Shown here: in pieces, positions 39,901 to 49,193 of the stretch
How the letters are laid out: each line of letters opens with the position of its first letter
Numbering within the stretch: the stretch's first letter is position 1
Source of the DNA: a virus
Strand: one strand, 5' to 3'
IMG/VR virus record: IMGVR_UViG_3300027782_000044
Span: 32,001-96,000 of that record
Length of the DNA stretch: 64,000 nucleotides
Position numbers and translations under genes: made by a program
Notes under the pieces: model-generated
What the model saw: only the letters and a program-made list of their open reading frames with translations
Database searches by the model: none
Told to the model about the DNA's origin: nothing

Positions 39901-41887
39901 GCGAACAAATGGGTTGCTACTTTTGCGAATTTGACTACGATAAGAAATGCGAGTGTGAAGGATAATGATTAACTCAGTATTAACAATAGATTGCTCAGAG
40001 TGTAACTCAACAGGTTTAATCTTTTTTGGTAGTGGAGAGGATTTTGATGTCGAGTCTTGCGATTGCGTAGATGATGGCTCACTATTCAGAAATGGAGAAA
40101 ATAACTAATGTATAAAATAACTATTGCTTATGACTCAAATACTCCTCATTGGACTAAGCCTTACAATGATGAAATGGAAGCATGGAAAGATTTCTTTTCT
40201 TTTACCGATTGGGGTTTTGCTAATGAATTCTCAACTGTAAATATTTACACGCCAGCAGGCAAATGCTACACAAAAGTTTTTTACCGAGAAGGCAGAAGGG
40301 TCGTAACTAAATAATGGAAATTTTTGAGTTTAATACTTTCATAGATGTAGAAGCAGAGTCGTATGATGAAGCCATAGATGTATTTCAGTTTCAGTTAAAG
40401 TATGGAATAAATAAAGATAATGTTTATGTCGCCGACATAAAACAATTAACCAATAACGAAAGCGTGGAAGTATAAAAATGATGACTCGTAAAGATTATGT
40501 TGCCGTTGCTGAAATTTTAAAGTTTGCTAGTGATAAAGCGCACCCTGCTTTATTTTCTAAAATTGTAAATGATTTCGCAGTTATGTTCGCAAAAGATAAT
40601 GAGCGATTTGATGTAAACCGATTTCATGAAGCGAGTGGCTATCATGTCACAAAACTCACTTCGAGATAAAGTTAAACGCATACAGGAATTGCGTCGCAGT
40701 AATGCGGCGCAGCCTGTACGCAATAAGAAAAAATATTTTAGAAAAATAAAACATAAAAATAAATTTGATCAATAGCGCTGCCCGCCCGTAAAGCTGCGGG
40801 GTTATCCACAGGGTTACGGGACTTATCCACAACCCCCTGGATTTTGTGATTAATCTCACAAAAGCTGCGACACGCCGAGAATGGATTAGGTAATGTCAGT
40901 GGCATAGGCTATAATACTCTTATACCAACAACGAAAGGCAATAAATGAAAATAGAACATAATCTAAAATTCGTTACAGAATTTATGGAAGGTCATCCAGT
41001 AACTCGTCAAATAGAAATGCTTGATGAGCAATCACAAATTGAAATGCTAGAGGGTATGCTAAAGTCTTTAGTCGCACCACGCCTACAACCTATCCTTGAT
41101 GAGATAAATGCTAATGGCTCTTACGCAATTCTAAAGGTGGCAGAGTAATGATTAGGATTTATAAAGTAAATATGGAACACTCTTATATTGTAAAGACAAG
41201 TGACATAAATGAAGTCTTATTAAACTATGAGTTTCCAGACTTTACTGCTTGTGAGTCTTTAGATGAAAATAACTTTCCAGAATATATCAGTAGCGTAGTT
41301 GGATATGAAGAAATAACCGAAGAAGAATTGGAGAATATGTAATGGGATACAATACAGCGTTAGATTTATCTAATGAATTAGATTTAGAGGTAGCACTAGG
41401 TTATCACTTACAGGGTAATCATTACCCTCCCGTCCCTCTTTCTATGGTACAGCCTTGTATCGATGCTATCGATGCTTATTATGATGAGGATTATAATAAG
41501 ATGATCGAAATGCCTGAAGGCGTATCTTATAAGGGTGACTCTTATGCGCCAGCGTGGGCTATTATCGAACAGCACCACTTAGACGCTTGGCTACCTGAAA
41601 GTGACTAAGGTCACACAATAACTTTCTCAAATACTGAGATAGGGCTAGACTAATGTCAGACCCCAATGCTATACTACAACCCTAACAAAGAAAAGAGGCA
41701 ATAAATGACAATCAACGACAAGTTGTACCAAGTGGGCGATTTATTCACCACACTAAAGTCAAAGAAAACTGGTGTGATTAAGGAAATCCACCCACAGGCA
41801 TCTGGCTCGGTGCGTGTGCTACTAGAAATGCCAACGAAAGAAACTCGTTGGACTTCAGTATCCGCTCAAACGCTACTAGGCGTATAA
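36997..41887 (+). CDS. Array of about 25 very small hypothetical genes (putative early/host-takeover)
   Basis: Densely packed 30-90 aa ORFs with TAATG/ATGA coupling and RBSs, e.g. 36997-37143, 37252-37365, 37365-37547, 38333-38524, 38915-39112, 39589-39798, 40108-40314, 40478-40669, 40945-41148, 41148-41342, 41342-41608, 41705-41887; no families recognised. Confidence 0.7.
37173..40873. promoter_or_regulatory. WhiA-type GACAC(GCC) sites (7)
   Basis: CGACACRCC in either orientation at 37173, 37959, 38079, 39347, 39396, 39438, 40869. Confidence 0.6.
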
Positions 41888-41981
41888 TCTAAAGGCAGGG
41901 GGGTCGCAGAAATGTCAGACCCCCCTGCTATAATTACAACTTCACAAACCCACTAAACCCACTAACGAAAGAAGGCAACAA

Positions 41982-42404
41982 ATGGCTAGAAGCAAAGCAA
42001 TAAATGTAAAAATCGCAACAGTTAAAATCATCACCGCACTAGAAAGCGCACTCGCTAAACTAGAAAAAGATTATGCGGCACAAGCAACTAACGAAGCAAA
42101 GTATGAAAAGTCTATGGAAGTATGGCGTAAGGCTATTGGCAAATGGGCTATGGAACGCTGGGCTAAGGCTGAGGACATCAGAACTAACTACCGCTCTTGG
42201 AATAACCAGTTAAACATTGACTTTAACTTAACAACCAAAGAGGCAGACTTTCCTGCTGAACCTCAAAAGGACTATGAAACAATCCACTCTAGCACTTATC
42301 GTGAGTCTAAGAAGGAATTGGAAAACGCAATTCGTATTCTAAAGATGACAGATGAGGAAACAGTTAATACATCAACCTACAATGCGGTTGCTGAGTATCT
42401 CTAA
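41982..42404 (+). CDS. Hypothetical protein
   Basis: Own promoter (41913) and RBS; 140 aa helical. Confidence 0.75.
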   Translation: MARSKAINVKIATVKIITALESALAKLEKDYAAQATNEAKYEKSMEVWRKAIGKWAMERWAKAEDIRTNYRSWNNQLNIDFNLTTKEADFPAEPQKDYETIHSSTYRESKKELENAIRILKMTDEETVNTSTYNAVAEYL

Positions 42405-42413
42405 ATAAACCAA

Positions 42414-42440
42414 CGACCTGAGTATGTCGCCAAACTGCTC
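42414..42440 (+). ncRNA. Small H-type pseudoknot motif, copy 1
   Basis: CGAC-CTGAGTAT-GTCG-CCAAAC-TGCTC; loop GAGTA pairs with TGCTC; followed by a TCCC-TTCG-GGGA hairpin. Confidence 0.55.
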
Positions 42441-42475
42441 TCCCTTCGGGGACAACTACTAACAAAGGCAACAAA

Positions 42476-42730
42476 ATGAAAAATCGTTTCAGAGTAGAAA
42501 TCTATGATGAGAACAAGTTAAATGATGTAACAATTTATTCAGAGCAAGGCGTTGATAAGGAATACTTAACTGAATTAGCATTCTCTAATCGCCGTAACTT
42601 CTTTGGTGATGTTCGTGCTTATGTGTATGATACATTGAAGAAGACTAAGACAACTGCTCTTTACCTCCCGTCCGAAGTTATTAACTTCAATCGCAAAAAC
42701 CAATTAACTAGGGATGAGTTAGGTCTGTAA
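42476..42730 (+). CDS. Hypothetical protein
   Basis: ORF with AAAGG RBS. Confidence 0.65.
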   Translation: MKNRFRVEIYDENKLNDVTIYSEQGVDKEYLTELAFSNRRNFFGDVRAYVYDTLKKTKTTALYLPSEVINFNRKNQLTRDELGL

Positions 42731-42930
42731 AGATCTAACACTGGCTGCATATCCTGCAGCTGGCCCGTAAAGGTAAGGGGTTATCCACAGGTTTACGGGA
42801 GCCTGTGGAAAACCCTGGAATTTTGTGAGATTAATCACATGGATCAATTCGGACATATTGTATCTAATCATAGACAATGTCAGTGGCACCTGTTATACTT
42901 ATGACTAATCAAACGAAAGGTAAAAAATAT

Positions 42931-43938
42931 ATGGCTCACAATCTAGAAATGGAAAACGGCGAAGTTGCTTTCGCTCTCCGTGGCTCACCTGCTTGGCACA
43001 ACCTAGCAAATCGCATCTTCACAAAAGATGAAGAAGTTACTACCGCCCTAATGCTTGAAGAAGCAAAGTTGGCAAATTGGAATGTTCGTCTATCTCCAAT
43101 CACTGAGCACATTCCAGAATCTTGGAATGATGTATCTACAGCATCTCTTGTCATTCGTGACAATCCATTCAATAATGGAACTGATGTTCTTGCCACTGTT
43201 GGCAAGCGTTACAAGCCTGTACAGAATGAAGAGTTATTCGCATTCGCTGATGCTATTCATGATGCGAACGCTGATTGCCGTTGGGAATCTGCTGGCTCAT
43301 TAAAAAAGGGTAAAGTAGTTTTTGGCACTGTTGATATTCCTCGCACAATGGTTCTTGACCCACAAGGCGCCAATGATGAAACTAAACTCTATTTAATTGT
43401 ATGGACATCACATGACGGGTCAGTTGCTGTTCAGGCTGCTGTTACTCCTGTTCGTGTTGTATGCCAAAACACATTGAATCTTGCTATGCGTAACGCTAAG
43501 CAATCATTCAAGATTCGCCACACGCAATCTGTTGAAGGTCGCATTCAAGTTGCTCGTGAAACTCTTGGGCTTGCTCTTGGTTACTTTGATGAATTCGAGA
43601 AAGAGGCGCAAGCACTTTATTCTCAGGCAATTACTGATGCTGAATTCTCAAAGTTGATTCACACAATTTATCCAAAGCCTGCTGATGATGCTTCTAAGGT
43701 TGCGCTAACTAAATGGGAGAATAAAGTTGTTCTCCTTGATGACCTTTATCATAACTCACCAACTAACGCTAACATCAAGGGAACTAAATGGGGTGCGTTT
43801 AACGCTCTCACCGAACGCCTTGACTACTATCGCTCAGGTCGCGGAAATTCTGAAACGCTTATGGCTGGCGCATCAGGATTTGACCCAGTGCTAACCGCAG
43901 AAAAAAATAAAATTAAGAAATTAATTTCTGCGTTCTAA
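42931..43938 (+). CDS. DUF932 family protein (phage/plasmid-like, TIGR03299-type)
   Basis: MAHNLE...PAWH.L, Y.PVQN, ESAGSL..G, SHDGS, TPVRVVC.NTL, IRHT, GTKWGAFNA.TE..D. Confidence 0.85.
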   Translation: MAHNLEMENGEVAFALRGSPAWHNLANRIFTKDEEVTTALMLEEAKLANWNVRLSPITEHIPESWNDVSTASLVIRDNPFNNGTDVLATVGKRYKPVQNEELFAFADAIHDANADCRWESAGSLKKGKVVFGTVDIPRTMVLDPQGANDETKLYLIVWTSHDGSVAVQAAVTPVRVVCQNTLNLAMRNAKQSFKIRHTQSVEGRIQVARETLGLALGYFDEFEKEAQALYSQAITDAEFSKLIHTIYPKPADDASKVALTKWENKVVLLDDLYHNSPTNANIKGTKWGAFNALTERLDYYRSGRGNSETLMAGASGFDPVLTAEKNKIKKLISAF

Positions 43939-43944
43939 ATAAAA

Positions 43945-43973
43945 TAAATCCTGAGCAAGATTTAAAACTGCTC
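43945..43973 (+). ncRNA. Small H-type pseudoknot motif, copy 2
   Basis: TAAATC-CTGAGCAA-GATTTA-AAAC-TGCTC; stem sequence differs from copy 1 but pairing is kept. Confidence 0.55.
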
Positions 43974-43985
43974 ACAATTTTTCTT

Positions 43986-44062
43986 GGTCCATTAGCTCAG
44001 TTGGTTAGAGCGCTACCCTGTCACGGTAGAGGTCGACGGTTCAAGTCCGTTATGGATCGCCA
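43986..44062 (+). tRNA. tRNA-Asp (GUC)
   Basis: Canonical cloverleaf, CTACC-CT GTC AC-GGTAG anticodon arm, TTCAAGT T loop, encoded CCA. Confidence 0.93.
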
Positions 44063-44163
44063 AGCGCCCTCAATGCTAAGGGGGCAAAAAGTGTGTTACG
44101 AGTCACAAAGAAATTCCCTGGAATCTATTGTAAATGTCAGTGGGCTCCTGTATAATTCTCTTC

Positions 44164-44838
44164 ATGACCAACGAACTAGTATCAAGTAAATATACTTTTG
44201 TCTGTGACCCAGATGAATGCGATTGCTTAATAGAACTAACATCATCTGATGGATTTGGATTCCCATCAGGTGTGACTCAACTCACATGCCCGTGTGGCCG
44301 TAAGACCACATTAGTGTCAGTGGAGCATGCTACAATTACATCCTTAAACCAAACGAAAGAAGGAAATACAATGGACGGAATGACAGTAGAAAATCTACCG
44401 CTATCAGATTCAGAGAAGTACAACCCTGACCTATTAGTTACATATAAGGTTATCCGTGGATTCTCGGATGAAACATATGAAACAGATAAGGTTCGCAACA
44501 TTGAATGGGAACTACATAATGCTAGAACTAATTCTAAAGCAGTTTCTTCTCTCCAAAATAAGATTAGCGTAGTTAAAGATATTATTTCTGAGGCATATGC
44601 TGATTCGGAAGACCAAGAAACACTGCAGGCAATTGCCGAGGCACTTGAGATTGAATTAGTTAAGGAAATTGAATGGAGCGCATCTATTGAAGTTAGCGGA
44701 ATTATTACCGTTAATCTACTTGAAGATACTCACTTTGATTTAGATTCAGAAATTGAAGATGCTCTTTATGCTGATTCACATAATGGCAACATTGAAGTTG
44801 TTGACCAAGAAATCTGTAATGTAAGAGAGAACTGCTAA
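44164..44838 (+). CDS. Hypothetical protein with N-terminal Cys cluster; internal in-frame start at 44371
   Basis: CDPDEC...CPCG; a second promoter (44315) and RBS precede ATG 44371. Confidence 0.65.
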   Translation: MTNELVSSKYTFVCDPDECDCLIELTSSDGFGFPSGVTQLTCPCGRKTTLVSVEHATITSLNQTKEGNTMDGMTVENLPLSDSEKYNPDLLVTYKVIRGFSDETYETDKVRNIEWELHNARTNSKAVSSLQNKISVVKDIISEAYADSEDQETLQAIAEALEIELVKEIEWSASIEVSGIITVNLLEDTHFDLDSEIEDALYADSHNGNIEVVDQEICNVRENC

Positions 44839-45770
44839 TGTATTTTGAACTTACCGCTCCTAATAGGCTCTCCATGGAGAGGGCCTATTGGGATGCAGAA
44901 ATAAATGGACTAGACCCGCAGCGTATGGCTCCATTGACATTCAACATTGGAACTGGTAGTATTGAGAAAGTAAGTCGCTTACGAGATAAGTATAACTTAA
45001 CTGAATCATACATATCAGACTACGAAACAACAGGCTACTAAGGAGAAATTATGTCAGAGTATAAAGATGGTTGGGCAGATGGATATAAATTTGCTCGTGA
45101 AGAAATTATGGAGAAATTGTCAGAGATTGATATCAACGACATTGACTCTTGGATTCTTGACCGTCTATCTGAGATGATTGAGGGAGGAAAGCTATGACAA
45201 CGGAAGATCTAACAAGATGGATAGCATGCGACCAATGTGGCACTGCTCAAGCAATGTATATGGTTAAACTAGTAGAAGGTCAACTTTTCTTCTGCGGGCA
45301 CCATTACAATGCAAGCAAGCGTGGCCTTGACAAGGTCTCATATGAAGTGGTAGAATTAAATAAAAAGGAAGAACTAATACCTCAACTAGAAACGGCGGAA
45401 TAAAATGGGCGACAGAGCAAACTTTGGATTCAGAGATTCCAAGGAGAATGTACTATTTCTATATGGACACTGGGCTGGATATAATATGCTAGCCAAGTTG
45501 GCCAATGCTGTGCAGGCTGCAGAGCCTCGCTGGCAGGATGAATCATATGCAACACGTATTGCTATATCTAATCTAATTGGAGAAGACTGGACTGAAAAAA
45601 CAGGCTGGGGTATCTACATTAATCAATTAGGAGATAATGAGCATAAGGTGCCTGTTATTGATTGGGCCAACCAAACGTTTACATTGTATGAAGAGGACCT
45701 GAGCACAGTAGTGTTTACTTCGTCCCTCGCAGCATTCGTAGACAAATACAGTCGACTAGTTATGGTATAA
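44838..45770 (+). CDS. Run of small hypothetical genes (44838-45041, 45194-45403 Zn-finger-like, 45405-45770)
   Basis: 45194 has CDQC...FCGHH; 45405 has MGDRAN...LYGHWAG. Confidence 0.65.
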
Positions 45771-45776
45771 TAGTAT

Positions 45777-45924
45777 CAGGACTTTGGTCCTGGTTTTAAT
45801 ATAGAAATGAAATGGTGCGTCTATTAGTCTATGGGCCAGGCGCTAAGTAAAGCGGTTTATTTCTTTCGTTGGAAATCAGCAGCCATATTCATACCCCCCA
45901 GCTTTTAGCTGGGGGTTTCTTTTT
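45777..45924 (+). ncRNA. Candidate structured small RNA with its own extended -10 and terminator
   Basis: TGGTATAAT at 45763-45771; nested stems CTGGTTTT/GAAATCAG and AGAAATGAA/TTTATTTCT; terminator CCCCCAGC-TTTTA-GCTGGGGG-TTTCTTTTT. Confidence 0.5.
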
Positions 45925-46099
45925 GCCCGCAAAGACTTGAGGGTAGCATATTGTTCTTACGACTGTCAAATATATTTCCCAGGAATTTGTGTGATCTTGA
46001 CCACAAAGCTGAATAATGTGGCATGTATCACATGCCAATTCTATTCCATTTGTCAGTGGTCCATTGTATAATTGGAACATATCAACGAAAGGATATAAA

Positions 46100-46834
46100 A
46101 TGCCAAATTGGGTATTTAATGGATTAACTATTGAAGGTAATCCTGAGCAAGTAAAATCTCTAATCAAGCAAATGAATAAGCCATTTGTTTATTCTATCAC
46201 TGCAGTAGGTGATTTGTCATATGATGTTAAGCAGACTAAGTATGTTAATCCTATCTTTGCTTTTCATAATATCTATAACTATAGAGATGCTGGTATTACT
46301 GATGAGGTATATCATGGACAGCCTCCTCGTTCCACCGATTTTTCTCAGGCAATGAAGTTTGAAACCAATGACTGGTACAACTTCAATGTGCGTGAGTGGG
46401 GAACCAAATGGGATGTTGCTGTAGCCGAGGATAATGTTTATCCTGACACAACTATTGAAGAAGCCGAGAACGGTGAGAACTATGTAGTCCATTACAACTT
46501 TAACACTGCATGGTCACGACCTCTTGGTGCTATATCTAAACTATCTGCACAATACCCAACACTACTATTTACTTTATCATATGAAGAAGAAACAGGTTGG
46601 GGTGGAGAAATGGAATTCCTCCGTGGTGAAGTTATCTCAGAATCAGAATACGATAACATGTGCCGTGATTGTGATGCAACTGACCAAATGGAATACTGCG
46701 ACAATGATTGCGGTGAAATCTGTAGCAACTGCAACTGGCTTGGCGAGGCAGACCTAGAGGCTGTCGCAATTTGTCAGACCCATAAGATATACTTAGACAC
46801 TAAAGTACCCGAATATAGAAAGGCGGAAGCATAA
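46100..46834 (+). CDS. YubB/DUF1281 (Api92-like) ferredoxin-like domain protein
   Basis: MPNWV.N.L.I.G, WY.FN...WGTKWD, FNTAWS.P, L.YEEE; Cys-rich C-terminus. Confidence 0.78.
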   Translation: MPNWVFNGLTIEGNPEQVKSLIKQMNKPFVYSITAVGDLSYDVKQTKYVNPIFAFHNIYNYRDAGITDEVYHGQPPRSTDFSQAMKFETNDWYNFNVREWGTKWDVAVAEDNVYPDTTIEEAENGENYVVHYNFNTAWSRPLGAISKLSAQYPTLLFTLSYEEETGWGGEMEFLRGEVISESEYDNMCRDCDATDQMEYCDNDCGEICSNCNWLGEADLEAVAICQTHKIYLDTKVPEYRKAEA

Positions 46835-48440
46835 TGGAACCATTTACAGATACAGTAGGAGAACATATCCTTGGAGCAATTCAAGTAGATATTGAGCAAC
46901 ATCTCTTTGAACAATGGAATGATAAGAATTTAGATGAGGGTAGCGATTATGCTGAATATATGTTCATGCAATTTGCTCCTGATAACTTAAAACAATCATA
47001 CAATGAGTATTATGGTTATATTGAAGGAGATGATTTCTGCTTATGATTACCAGCCAAGAACTAATTGATTATATCTATGATGACAACTTAATCCATTTTG
47101 ACGACAGAGATACATCAGATGATTGTGATTGTCACATTCATATAACATTAAACACTATGGTTAAATATATGGAGGCAATTGAATGCTAGGTTATACTAAA
47201 ACAGATCTTGATGAGATGATTAACTCAGTACATGATGCTAAGTTATTTTATCTTAGGACCCCGTCCGATTTAATGGACAAGTCATTATTAACTGAAGGTT
47301 TGTTAAAAACAAATGATTTCCTCCAGGGGTTATGGGCGGAGGGTTACTTTGACTAAGTCATCACACTTCATAGAATATATGAAGATACATTTAATTAGTC
47401 TTAACCAGGATTTAGAGGATGCAAGAAACAATGAACCTTTAGATGAAGATGAATATTGGGAATCAGATTCATTCTATATGGGAGCAATTGACGCAACCGA
47501 ACATTTATTGTCAGTGGCAACTGATATAATGATTAATAACGAAAGGGTATATTAATGAACTCAGAAGACATTGGGCTCCCGCCCCATTTGCAACGCTTGG
47601 TCAATGCAGGTGTTAGTGGATTAGATATAATGCACGGTGAACTAAAGAATCTAATGCTAATTGCCGAGCAGGAACTAGCAGACGCAATTGAACGGGAAGA
47701 AGAGTCAGGCGAGGCTATGGACTCTATGGTCCGTACAGAATGCGAAGGCGCACTAGATACCTTGGTTTTACTATACCAACTAACATACGACCTATCATTT
47801 GCGATTGGAGCACGAGATGAAGCCTGACGATAAAGATAAACTAAACAAGTGTTTAGAGATTCTAGACAGCACTGACCTAGGTCTATCATTAGTTTGGCTA
47901 TGGACATGGTCAACAATTAATAACATCCTAGAGGATGACACCTATGTTGCCAAGGTAACCCAAGATGACATGTGGAACCACCTGTGTGAGGCTGTGGAGG
48001 CTGGACAAGGCTTCTCCTTGGAATGGGGCGCCGAACAACATCAGGAAGAAGTTTTAGATTGGATGATGAACAGGGATTACATCGTAGACCCTGATGATGA
48101 GGAAGAGGAGGACGAAGATGAAGATGAGTGATAAGTACTTAAACGATCAACTTAGTAAAGCCCAAAAGCTTTTGTGGGGTGGGTCCGAAACAGAAAACAT
48201 CGAGGCCCATAACATCATTGCTAAACTAATTAAAGAAAAGATAGAACAGGTGGAACTATGAGTAAAGAGTTTAAAGTCTATGGAGACATTATTCAGGAGT
48301 ACTACATTGTAGTAGAAGCCAAAGATAGTGATGAAGCATGGTACAAAGCAGTAGCCACACCTAAAAAGGAATGGAAAAAGGGTACCACTCGCAAGGACAA
48401 GATAGAACCTTATCAAGTAGAAGAACTAACAACTGAATAA
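46834..48440 (+). CDS. Run of small acidic hypothetical genes (e.g. 46834-47046, 47555-47827, 47817-48131, 48258-48440)
   Basis: Coupled ORFs with RBSs. Confidence 0.65.
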
Positions 48441-48586
48441 AGATAGGTTGGGCCGTTATGGACAATTCGGACATAACGGTCATAATCTAAGGGCACGGGC
48501 AAAAATATTGCTTTACGTACCCTATTTACAAATCCCCGAAATTCATATATAATATATATAACAAAGATCTAGAAAGGATCAAACAA

Positions 48587-48736
48587 ATGACAACATCAAC
48601 AACAACTCGTGAATACCTAAAGACCCAGGGCATTGCTGTGGGCAAGCGTGGTCGCTTCTCAGCTGCAGCTCTAGGAGTTATCAGCAAGGCTGTGCAAGAC
48701 GGAGTAGTCTTCTCAGACAAGAAGAACGCCAAGTAA
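48587..48736 (+). CDS. Lsr2-like DNA-binding domain mini-protein
   Basis: Below the ORF-track cutoff; MTTSTTTREYLKTQGIAVGKRGRFSAAALGVISKA matches the Lsr2 C-terminal RE....G..V..RGR pattern; GAAAGGA RBS; hairpin 48749-48791 follows. Confidence 0.7.
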   Translation: MTTSTTTREYLKTQGIAVGKRGRFSAAALGVISKAVQDGVVFSDKKNAK

Positions 48737-48848
48737 TAAACTAAGTGTGGGGACCCTCCTCTCGTGGGAAACGGGAAAGGGGAGGGTCCTCGCTTCATTT
48801 ACAAATGTCAGTGGTCAATGGTATAATCAAAACGAAAGGCGGAACTCA

Positions 48849-49193
48849 ATGGCTAAAGCAAACGAATTCAAAGCAGCAGAAAAACTAACAGACTATCTAA
48901 ACAATGCTAACTTCTCACCTGCCGTAATGGCAAATGTATTAACAACTGAACATACCTTGTATACCCAAGACAGACTAATGGAACTAGTTAGATATATTAT
49001 CCAATACAATTCCCTTAGATTAAAGTCAGAATGGGATAAGGGATATACATCCGAAGGATTGCTTTTAGCAGATGCGCTCAATGATATGCTGGAAGCAAAA
49101 TATGGAGCGGTGGATAGAAACCTAACAATAGACTCCTTGAAAGAAACAAGAGTAAGAGACCCTAAATATATAATGGATCTAGATTCATTCTAA
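48849..49193 (+). CDS. Hypothetical protein, last gene of the plus-strand island
   Basis: Promoter at 48806 and AACGAAAGGCGG RBS before MAKANEF. Confidence 0.7.
   Translation: MAKANEFKAAEKLTDYLNNANFSPAVMANVLTTEHTLYTQDRLMELVRYIIQYNSLRLKSEWDKGYTSEGLLLADALNDMLEAKYGAVDRNLTIDSLKETRVRDPKYIMDLDSF

Larger units (their letters stand above)
38005..42812. promoter_or_regulatory. Three pairs of DnaA boxes
   Basis: TTATCCACA at 38005, 40802, 40823, 42781; inverted TTTTCCACA at 38028 and 42804. Confidence 0.75.
36865..46032. promoter_or_regulatory. CRP/GlxR-type palindromes TGTGA-N6-TCACA (12 sites)
   Basis: Perfect at 36890, 37144, 38049, 39471, 40845, 42824; one mismatch at 36865, 38478, 41600, 44092, 45990, 46017. 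Confidence 0.75.
36940..48827 (+). promoter_or_regulatory. 15 promoters of the form TGTCAG-N10-TAnnnT (RecA-NDp/PafBC type)
   Basis: TGTCAG at 36940, 37198, 38104, 38532, 39535, 40894, 41654, 41913, 42878, 44135, 44315, 46051, 46772, 47509, 48806, each exactly 10 nt before TATAAT/TATACT/TACAAT/TACACT/TATGCT. Confidence 0.85.
36978..48840 (+). promoter_or_regulatory. Recurrent extended RBS AACGAAAG(G) before the first gene of most island units
   Basis: Near 36978, 37233, 38133, 38568, 39571, 40930, 41964, 42912, 44352, 46084, 47538, 48831. Confidence 0.7.

Noticed and set aside
37950-42900. Bacterial oriC suggested by DnaA boxes
   Set aside because: Boxes occur as isolated pairs kilobases apart among phage genes, with no dnaA or dnaN. 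A phage origin is not excluded but is unsupported.
44001-44189. 62-aa ORF
   Set aside because: Overlaps tRNA-Asp and a regulatory cassette; no RBS.
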